Of a DNA stretch of 5,980 nt, positions 1-5,315 are shown piece by piece; the first letter of the stretch is position 1, and every line of letters starts with the position of its first letter. Below the pieces are notes generated by a model. It searched no databases. It saw only the letters and a program-made list of their open reading frames with translations, and was not told the origin of the DNA. The DNA is from a virus, in IMG/VR virus record IMGVR_UViG_3300045988_012479; one strand, written 5' to 3'. The position numbers were made by a program, and so were the translations under genes.

Positions 1-55
1 TACCAAACAGCTACTACAGCCGGTCAGAAAGTCAAAGCCAATGGTATCAGCTCGC
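1..55. repeat. Terminal redundancy: bases 1-55 are identical to 5926-5980 (assembly overlap of a circular genome, unit length 5925 nt)
   Basis: Direct comparison of the first 55 and last 55 nt of the window: a 55/55 identical direct repeat at the two ends. Confidence 0.95.
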
Positions 56-245
56 AGAAGCCGTAGGCAGTCAAATGAGCACAAGCTACAGCAGCCCAAA
101 ACAACTGACAGAAGATTTGCTGAAAACCTACAGGCAAATGCAAAAGACAGAAAGCACAGTACCGACCACGCCAAAAATGGACGGCGGAAAAGCAGGCGGT
201 GGAGCAGGCAGAAAGAAAAAAGGACAAGGAGGCGGAGGATACTAA
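3..245 (+). CDS. C-terminal continuation of VP2 (minor capsid / DNA pilot protein) after wrap-around; unique part is 56-245, TAA stop at 243-245
   Basis: The frame of the ORF starting at ATG 5316 continues without a stop through 5980; because 1-55 equals 5926-5980 and 5925 is divisible by 3, the same frame resumes at base 3 and reaches TAA at 243-245. The total is 284 aa, a plausible size for gokushovirus VP2. Confidence 0.8.
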   Translation, partial: PNSYYSRSESQSQWYQLAEAVGSQMSTSYSSPKQLTEDLLKTYRQMQKTESTVPTTPKMDGGKAGGGAGRKKKGQGGGGY

Positions 246-1265
246 GTGAGTTGCTACAAACCGTTAATACGGCTGTACAACCCTAACGACAAAAACATTA
301 GCGGGAGGGTGTATTCACTCTCCCGCTATTCTCAGTTAGTGGGGAGACAGCTAAAATATGAAGATTTGATGTTTAGAAAAAATGTAATGTTAATACCATG
401 CGGGCAGTGCATCGGATGCAGAATAAGACAAAGAGAGGACTGGACAACACGAATAGAATTAGAAGCACGAGACTATCCAAGAGAAGAAGTATGGTTTATC
501 ACAATGACTTACGACGATGACCACGTACCTGGCATGATAGTAAACACAGGCGAAATCATGAGAAAAGTACAATACATCTGGAAACCGGGAGAGAAGCGCC
601 CAGAAAGCGTCCAAACATTACTATATACTGACGTTCAAAAATTCTTAAAACGTCTCAGAAAGGCTTACAGGGGCAAATTACGCTATTTTGTGGCAGGAGA
701 GTATGGAGAACAAACAGCAAGACCACACTACCACATGATATTGTATGGATGGCAACCAACAGACCTAGAGCACCTATACAAAATACAACACAACGGATAT
801 TTCACAAGTAAATGGCTAGCAGACCTATGGGGCATGGGTCAAATACAAATAGCACAAGCAGTACCAGAAACCTATAGATATGTTGCAGGATACGTTACGA
901 AAAAAATGTACGAGATAGACGGAAAGAAAGCAAATGAATACTACGAACTAGGCCAACAAAAACCGTTCGCATGCATGAGCCTAAAGCCGGGATTGGGAGA
1001 CCACTATTACCAAGAACACAAAGAAGAAATATGGAGACAAGGCTACATCCAATGTACAAACGGAAAACTCGCACAGATTCCACGTTATTATGAAAAGATG
1101 ATGGAAGCTGAAAACCCACAAAGGTTGTGGAGAATTAAGCGAAACAGACAGGCAACAGCCATAGCAGAAAACCGACTAAAGTATGAAAATACAGACTTTG
1201 CAGAGCAATGCAAGACAAAAGAAAGGGTAATCAAGAAGCAAATGAAGAAGAAAGGGACACTCTAA
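246..1265 (+). CDS. Replication initiation protein VP4 (rolling-circle HUH endonuclease, phiX174 gpA-like)
   Basis: 339-aa ORF. It contains motif I WFITMTYDD (uuTuT), the HUH motif RPHYHMILYG, and the active-site motif RYVAGYVTKK, which closely matches phiX174 gpA ARYVAKYVNKK (two catalytic Tyr). The N-terminus MSCYKPL and a CGQCIGC Cys cluster are typical of Microviridae VP4. The GTG start at 246 has the SD GGAGGA at 234-239; if GTG is not used, the alternative start is ATG 364. Confidence 0.92.
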   Translation: MSCYKPLIRLYNPNDKNISGRVYSLSRYSQLVGRQLKYEDLMFRKNVMLIPCGQCIGCRIRQREDWTTRIELEARDYPREEVWFITMTYDDDHVPGMIVNTGEIMRKVQYIWKPGEKRPESVQTLLYTDVQKFLKRLRKAYRGKLRYFVAGEYGEQTARPHYHMILYGWQPTDLEHLYKIQHNGYFTSKWLADLWGMGQIQIAQAVPETYRYVAGYVTKKMYEIDGKKANEYYELGQQKPFACMSLKPGLGDHYYQEHKEEIWRQGYIQCTNGKLAQIPRYYEKMMEAENPQRLWRIKRNRQATAIAENRLKYENTDFAEQCKTKERVIKKQMKKKGTL

Positions 1266-1275
1266 CGGTGTCACC

Positions 1276-1318
1276 TAGCCCAGTACCTATCAAGTAAGTA
1301 CTGGGCTATTTTAGTTTT
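1276..1318 (+). terminator. Rho-independent terminator downstream of the Rep gene
   Basis: An 11-bp perfect inverted repeat, tagcccagtac (1276-1286) paired with gtactgggcta (1298-1308), with an 11-nt loop, is followed directly by ttttagtttt (1309-1318). It lies 11 nt after the VP4 stop. Confidence 0.7.
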
Positions 1319-1489
1319 CAACACTTTCAACACTTTCAACAGGTTTTCAACATAAAAGTGCACAATAAAATCCGTCATAATGACGAACATTCAACAATTC
1401 AACAAGTTATCAACAAAACTTTCAACAACATTTTAAAGCAAAAAAACACAACACAACGTTAAAATTTAAAGATATTCAACATTTCAACA
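1317..1489 (+). repeat. Iteron-like array of direct TTCAACA heptamers (nine perfect copies plus one ATCAACA variant), including a tandem 9-mer cactttcaa x2
   Basis: TTCAACA occurs at 1317, 1326, 1335, 1346, 1390, 1398, 1421, 1475 and 1483; the variant tATCAACA is at 1409. All copies are in the same orientation, within 173 nt of non-coding DNA between the Rep terminator and the promoters. Confidence 0.85.
1373..1385. other. Short palindrome cgtcat-a-atgacg embedded between the iteron clusters
   Basis: A 6-bp inverted repeat with a 1-nt spacer read directly from the sequence; its function is unknown (candidate nick site or protein-binding site). Confidence 0.35.
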
Positions 1490-1559
1490 GAGCCTACTAC
1501 TACTCCTACAACAAGTTATATAATAAAACGGCATAAACGCGCACAGCGCTAAAAAGGAA

Positions 1560-1587
1560 ACCATTTTCGGGAGTTCCCGAAAATGGT
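1560..1587. other. Strong perfect hairpin (13-bp arms accattttcggga / tcccgaaaatggt) in the intergenic region
   Basis: Arms at 1560-1572 and 1575-1587 are exact reverse complements; the realistic stem is 11-12 bp with a 4-6 nt loop. On the minus strand it is followed by tttccttttt; on the plus strand no T-run follows it. GC-rich half-palindromes (cgcgcacagcgct, gagcgctaaagcgc) flank it. Confidence 0.75.
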
Positions 1588-1654
1588 GACCAGCCGAGTT
1601 CCGCATACGCTCCACACGGCAGAGCGCTAAAGCGCCATTCAAACCAAAAAAACA

Positions 1655-1683
1655 TTGACAAGCAGAAAAAAAGATGCTAAAAT
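1655..1683 (+). promoter_or_regulatory. sigma70-type promoter P1: TTGACA - 17 nt - TGc TAAAAT with an upstream A-tract
   Basis: Perfect -35 TTGACA (1655-1660), a 17-nt spacer, -10 TAAAAT (1678-1683) preceded by a TGn extended -10 (1675-1676), and an A-rich UP-like tract aaaccaaaaaaaca (1641-1654). The predicted TSS is near 1690. Confidence 0.6.
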
Positions 1684-1869
1684 AGAATCACGAAGGGGGA
1701 CCGGGAAGCTCCTCAAAACGTCCAGCGAATGCCAAATAGGCGGCTGGCAAAGAAACCGGATAGACCGGAACAACAGTGAACCCAAGTGACCAGAAATGCT
1801 CATAAGGGAGCTGGAGCCTTAAAGCGACCAGAAAGAGAATTACAAAATTATTACAACTATCAAAAAACA

Positions 1870-1898
1870 TTGAAAAGCCTATTGACAGATGGTATAAT
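1870..1898 (+). promoter_or_regulatory. sigma70-type promoter P2: TTGAAA - 17 nt - TGg TATAAT
   Basis: -35 TTGAAA (1870-1875), a 17-nt spacer, a consensus -10 TATAAT (1893-1898) with TG at 1890-1891, and an AT-rich upstream region. The predicted TSS is near 1905, about 20 nt before the first accessory ORF. Confidence 0.65.
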
Positions 1899-1924
1899 AG
1901 AGTCAGAGAAAGGCGGTGCTAAAG

Positions 1925-2110
1925 ATGAGGCACAGATACGAACTGAGAAAATTGAACGCTAACGATAGCATAACCACAGTATTAAGAATCAACGATGAAC
2001 CAAAAAGCGCAAAACGAATAGCAAAAAAATACGCAAACGAACACAAAGGAATCTATTCACTATACAAAATTGAAGAAGTAGAAATGTACTTCACCGAAAA
2101 AGAGAATTGA
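1925..2110 (+). CDS. Hypothetical small protein (61 aa from ATG 1925; the six-frame track starts it at GTG 1916)
   Basis: First ORF downstream of P2; an AAAGG motif lies 11 nt upstream of ATG 1925. The stop TGA 2108-2110 overlaps TTG 2107 of the next ORF. I recognise no family. Basic, K/E-rich. Confidence 0.5.
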   Translation: MRHRYELRKLNANDSITTVLRINDEPKSAKRIAKKYANEHKGIYSLYKIEEVEMYFTEKEN

Positions 2111-2115
2111 CGAAA

Positions 2116-2508
2116 ATGATTAAATGCTATATCATGAATACAGACGCAAACGAAAAAGTAGGAAAGCACTTTAAAGTGCGAGAATTTGCATGCAAGGACG
2201 GTTCACAAGTAGTTTTTATAGACGACTACCTAGTATCCATTCTAGATATCCTCAGAAACAAAGTCGAAAAGCCGGTATACATAAACAGCGGATACAGAAC
2301 ACCAGAGTGGAACAAAAAATGCAATGGAGCGAAATACAGCTACCATATGCGCGGTATGGCAGCAGATATCCGGGTTGAAGGAATGACCGCAAAACAGGTT
2401 GCCAACAAACTGAATGAAATCATCCCGGACGAATGCGGCATTATCGTATACAAAAGCTGGGTACACTTTGATGTACGAAGCGGCAAAAAATACAGAAAGG
2501 GGGTATAA
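2116..2508 (+). CDS. Zinc D-Ala-D-Ala carboxypeptidase-like peptidase, family M15 (Peptidase_M15_3-like); probable peptidoglycan hydrolase/endolysin
   Basis: The protein contains SGYRTPEWN ... YSYHMRGMAADI (H-x6-D zinc-ligand motif) ... WVHFDVR (third His), which is the M15 pattern seen in small phage cell-wall peptidases. The start is ambiguous: TTG 2107 (overlapping the upstream stop), ATG 2116 (chosen here) or ATG 2134. Confidence 0.88.
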   Translation: MIKCYIMNTDANEKVGKHFKVREFACKDGSQVVFIDDYLVSILDILRNKVEKPVYINSGYRTPEWNKKCNGAKYSYHMRGMAADIRVEGMTAKQVANKLNEIIPDECGIIVYKSWVHFDVRSGKKYRKGV

Positions 2509-2509
2509 A

Positions 2510-2632
2510 ATGGCGCTTATTTCTATTAAAGACGTCAAGCAGGCAATTCGCCTCATGATGCAGATTTTGGAAAAGCTGGACGAGATCTATCATGCACTGC
2601 ACGATAGCATCAACGAAGAAAAAGAGGAGTAA
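2510..2632 (+). CDS. Hypothetical 40-aa protein (MALISIKDVKQAIRLMMQILEKLDEIYHALHDSINEEKEE)
   Basis: SD AAGGGGG (2497-2503) lies 6 nt upstream of ATG 2510, which starts 2 nt after the peptidase stop. Amphipathic helix-like, with an acidic C-terminus. The track's longer version from 2414 overlaps the peptidase gene and has no RBS. Confidence 0.45.
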   Translation: MALISIKDVKQAIRLMMQILEKLDEIYHALHDSINEEKEE

Positions 2633-2635
2633 ACC

Positions 2636-2863
2636 ATGATGAACAAAACATGGAACGTAAGAGACCAGACCAAAAAAGCGCTTGAAGAGTTGCTAACTCG
2701 AAAGTACAAAGAGATCGATAGCGAATACAAAATGCTGCGCAAAGTAACCAGCATCCAAGACGCAAAGAAACTGCTGGATGAAATATGGCAGATGAAAAGT
2801 TTTGCAAACACAATCGAAATGGAGCTAATCAGAAGGGAGTACAACGATGGCACAGCATCGTAA
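2636..2863 (+). CDS. Hypothetical 75-aa protein
   Basis: SD GAGGAG (2622-2627) lies 8 nt upstream of ATG 2636, immediately after the upstream stop. Charged, helical composition; no recognisable family. Confidence 0.55.
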   Translation: MMNKTWNVRDQTKKALEELLTRKYKEIDSEYKMLRKVTSIQDAKKLLDEIWQMKSFANTIEMELIRREYNDGTAS

Positions 2864-2969
2864 GAAGATGAACGGCGCAAAAGACCGCCGAATGTTTAAC
2901 GTAACAGCACGAAAAACCAAAACGATTAACCTCAGCCAAAAGCCCATGCGAGGCGGAATCCGACTGTAA
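2847..2969 (+). CDS. Small Arg/Lys-rich protein (40 aa, MAQHRKKMNGAKDRRMFNVTARKTKTINLSQKPMRGGIRL); candidate DNA-binding/packaging protein (phiX J analogue, gokushovirus ORF8/VP8-like)
   Basis: SD AAGGGAG (2833-2839) lies 7 nt upstream of ATG 2847. 12 of 40 residues are R/K, with a C-terminal PMRGGIRL tail. Microviridae encode small basic J-like proteins that are packaged with the ssDNA. It overlaps the 3' end of the 75-aa ORF by 17 nt in another frame. It is below the 60-aa cutoff of the supplied ORF track. Confidence 0.5.
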   Translation: MAQHRKKMNGAKDRRMFNVTARKTKTINLSQKPMRGGIRL

Positions 2970-2985
2970 GAGAGGAGAAAAAACA

Positions 2986-3225
2986 ATGGAACATCTGTAT
3001 TACGGCATTTGGGACAACGTGGCAAAATGCTACGCATGGGTAGGCGAAAGCAAAAACGACGGGACTTTTGCACGAATGTGCAACACAATGGCAAAGGACA
3101 AAGGAACCTTCATCGGGCAGAGTCCGCAGGACTACACCGGCTTTAAACTGGCAACGTTTGAGGATGAGCTTGGAACGTTCACGAACGACAACGAAAAGGT
3201 GTGGGAGGGCAAGCCGAATGAATAA
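2986..3225 (+). CDS. Hypothetical 79-aa protein with a triplicated GTF motif (DGTFARM / KGTFIGQ / LGTFTND)
   Basis: SD GAGGAG (2971-2976) lies 9 nt upstream of ATG 2986. Its stop TAA 3223-3225 overlaps the next start (ATGAATAA). No recognisable family. Confidence 0.55.
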   Translation: MEHLYYGIWDNVAKCYAWVGESKNDGTFARMCNTMAKDKGTFIGQSPQDYTGFKLATFEDELGTFTNDNEKVWEGKPNE

Positions 3226-3616
3226 GCGATACGAGGAAGGGCGAGAGCCCTTCTTTTCAAATTCAGGCGAAAAACTGCGAAGACAGTACATCTGGACAAA
3301 GGACGAAAAAGGGAAAGAAGTGTTGCAGGAAACCGAGCCAATTGACATCCAGCAGGAAATCGAAAGCTATGCGGACGAATGTGACATCAAAAACATTGTT
3401 CGGAAAGCGAGTTTCGACCCGGAATTCCTGAAAAGCTTGTCACAAGGTGCTATGGAAGGCGTAGAAATAGACGTGACCGAATGGCCGCAAAACATCCACG
3501 AGTATCACCAGATGATCGCGACCGCACAAGTAAACGCAATGAAGCTCAAAGAGCTGGAAGAACAAAGCAAAGCACAGAAAGAAGAATCAGCAGAAAGGAG
3601 TGAAACGGCAGAATGA
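3218..3616 (+). CDS. Acidic 132-aa protein, putative internal scaffolding protein (VP3-like), translationally coupled to VP1
   Basis: SD GGGAGGG (3203-3209) lies 8 nt upstream of ATG 3218. Highly acidic (E/D-rich), about 130 aa, and located directly upstream of the major capsid gene with an ATGA stop/start overlap at 3613-3616, as expected for a gokushovirus VP3 scaffold. The assignment rests on size, charge and position only; the track's longer start at 3068 overlaps the previous gene. Confidence 0.6.
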   Translation: MNKRYEEGREPFFSNSGEKLRRQYIWTKDEKGKEVLQETEPIDIQQEIESYADECDIKNIVRKASFDPEFLKSLSQGAMEGVEIDVTEWPQNIHEYHQMIATAQVNAMKLKELEEQSKAQKEESAERSETAE

Positions 3617-5277
3617 ACAGAAACAACGAAAGACACTTTCTGAACGTACCGCAGATGCACACGAGCAGAACGAGATTCAACCGAGACCAGACAATCCTAA
3701 CCACATTCGACAGCGGCAAGCTCATTCCGTTCTTTGTAGACGAAGTGCTGCCGGGCGACACGTTCCAGGTAGACACCAGCGCAATCATCCGCATGACTAC
3801 ACCGAAGTATCCGGTCATGGACGATGCATTCATTGACTTCTACTACTTCTACTGTCCAAACCGAATCCTATGGGACGACTTCAAGAGATTCATGGGAGAA
3901 GCAGACCAAACAGCATGGATGCCAACCAAAACCTACAGCGTGCCGAAAATCAAAATCGAAGCAGGTAAAGCGTCACCAAAAATTCCGGGGCCGAAAGAAA
4001 AAAGCATTCTCGACTACATGGGAGTGCCAACGAAAATCGAAAACGAATTCAAAATAAACGCGCTGCCAGTCCGTGCATATGTCATGATTTGGAATGAATA
4101 TTTCAGAGACCAGAACGTAGAAAATGCAGCAGTACTAAAAACAGACAGCGAAGAAGTCACATACAGCGACAACGAACCAGAAAACGTAGAAAGAACACTT
4201 AGAGAAGCGGTGACGGGTGGTCGCTGTCTTCCCGTAAACCGTTTCCACGACTACTTCTCAAGTTGTTTACCTTATCCGCAGCGCGGACCGGAGGTAACAG
4301 TACCAATGACAGGTAATGCACCAGTATTCGGATACAGCACCATCCAAGACAGCGAAAAATTAACAGATAAAATAATTCTAAACCAACCGTGGCCAACAAA
4401 CAGCACAACGGATTTTTATAACACGGAAAAAGGAGGAAAACTGACAGGAAAAGGCGCACTGAATGGAGGTAGCTACACTGCAGAAGCATTCCTAAAAGCA
4501 GACCTCAGCGCCGTAACCGCAACAACCATCAACGAACTGCGAAACGCAATTGCAGTGCAGCAGTACTACGAAACAATGGCACGAGGCGGAAGCCGATACC
4601 GTGAACAGGTACAGGCACTATGGAATGTAACCATCAGCGACAAAACGGCACAGATTCCGGAATATCTTGGCGGTGGCCGCTATCGCGTCGGAATGAACCA
4701 GATCGTACAGACAAGCGGACAGCAGAGCGAGAACGATACACCTATTGGCGAAACCGGTGCAATGTCAGTAACGCCAATCAACGAAAGTTCCTTCACGAAG
4801 AGCTTTGAAGAACACGGGTTTGTAATTGGTGTGTTGTGCGTGCGCCACAGCAGAACGTACCAGCAGGGACTTGAACGTTTCTGGAGCAGAACCGACAGGC
4901 TGGACTATTATGTACCTCAGTTTGCAAATCTGGGCGAACAGCCTGTAAAGAAAAAAGAAATCATGTTAACCGGCACGAAAACTGATGAAGAAACATTTGG
5001 CTACCAAGAGGCCTGGGCCGATTACAGAATGAAGCCGAACCGAGTGAGCGGCCTCATGAGAAGCAACGCAACAGGCACGTTGGATTTCTGGCACTATGCA
5101 GACAACTACTCAACTACGCCTACACTGTCTCAGGAATGGATGGCAGAAGGCAAAAAAGAAATTGAAAGAACACTCATCGTACAGAATGAAGATCAATTCT
5201 TCGGTGCAATTCGTGTAGCAAACAAGACCACACGTTGCATGCCCTTGTACAGTGTACCGGGCTTGTACAAACTGTAA
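3613..5277 (+). CDS. Major capsid protein VP1 (Microviridae F-like, Gokushovirinae-type)
   Basis: 554 aa. The N-terminal region HFLNVPQMHTSRTRFNRDQTILTTFDSGKLIPFFVDEVLPGDTF ... FYYFYCPNRILWDDFKRFMGE is the characteristic gokushovirus VP1 signature (PGDTF, the FxVPxRxxW..F..F.GE block). The size matches VP1 with its hypervariable insertion loop. SD AAAGGAG at 3593-3599. Confidence 0.96.
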   Translation: MNRNNERHFLNVPQMHTSRTRFNRDQTILTTFDSGKLIPFFVDEVLPGDTFQVDTSAIIRMTTPKYPVMDDAFIDFYYFYCPNRILWDDFKRFMGEADQTAWMPTKTYSVPKIKIEAGKASPKIPGPKEKSILDYMGVPTKIENEFKINALPVRAYVMIWNEYFRDQNVENAAVLKTDSEEVTYSDNEPENVERTLREAVTGGRCLPVNRFHDYFSSCLPYPQRGPEVTVPMTGNAPVFGYSTIQDSEKLTDKIILNQPWPTNSTTDFYNTEKGGKLTGKGALNGGSYTAEAFLKADLSAVTATTINELRNAIAVQQYYETMARGGSRYREQVQALWNVTISDKTAQIPEYLGGGRYRVGMNQIVQTSGQQSENDTPIGETGAMSVTPINESSFTKSFEEHGFVIGVLCVRHSRTYQQGLERFWSRTDRLDYYVPQFANLGEQPVKKKEIMLTGTKTDEETFGYQEAWADYRMKPNRVSGLMRSNATGTLDFWHYADNYSTTPTLSQEWMAEGKKEIERTLIVQNEDQFFGAIRVANKTTRCMPLYSVPGLYKL

Positions 5278-5287
5278 GAAAGGAGGA

Positions 5288-5313
5288 AGGCCGGAGAAAT
5301 CCGGCCTATTTTT
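5288..5313 (+). terminator. Hairpin plus T-run between VP1 and VP2 (intrinsic terminator/attenuator)
   Basis: aggccgga (5288-5295), a GAAA loop, tccggcct (5300-5307), then aTTTTT (5308-5313). It lies 11 nt after the VP1 stop; the strong SD AGGAGG (5281-5286) sits just 5' of the stem and the VP2 ATG is at 5316. Confidence 0.65.
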
Positions 5314-5315
5314 AA

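Noticed and set aside
895-1119. Minus-strand ORFs (895-1119, 2242-2556, 2590-2880, 2610-2813, 2825-3094, 2932-3348, 3132-3341, 3546-3833, 4199-4489, 5110-5382, 5312-5527, 5551-5760)
   Set aside because: All lie antisense inside well-supported plus-strand genes, lack SD sites, and have low-complexity or hydrophobic composition typical of reverse frames of A-rich coding DNA. Microviridae express only plus-sense genes.
1407-1415. DnaA-box-like TTATCAACA
   Set aside because: It is one mismatch from the E. coli consensus at a critical position (C6). The other heptamers match worse, so this is more likely part of the phage-specific iteron set.
1688-1870. Hydrophobic 60-aa minus-strand ORF in the inter-promoter GC-rich segment (could look holin-like)
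   Set aside because: It has no SD and no minus-strand promoter, and an antisense gene would be unprecedented for this family. It sits opposite two plus-strand promoters. It was kept only as a caveat for the statement that the genome lacks a holin.
1882-1898. TTGACA at 1882-1887 as the -35 box for the TATAAT at 1893-1898
   Set aside because: The spacer would be only 5 nt. The properly spaced -35 is TTGAAA at 1870-1875.
2190-2378. Alternative-frame plus-strand ORFs inside the peptidase and VP1 genes (2190-2378, 3600-3836, 3824-4057, 4620-4808, 5252-5530)
   Set aside because: They are embedded in other frames of genes with strong homology-type signatures and have no SD. 5252-5530 is a by-product of the CAAAGC repeats (KPKPKP). 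They are most likely non-coding.
3068-3217. Longer version of the acidic ORF starting at 3068 (182 aa), and the longer small ORF starting at 2414
   Set aside because: Both upstream extensions overlap the preceding genes extensively and lack an RBS. The internal ATGs at 3218 and 2510 have strong SDs with correct spacing.
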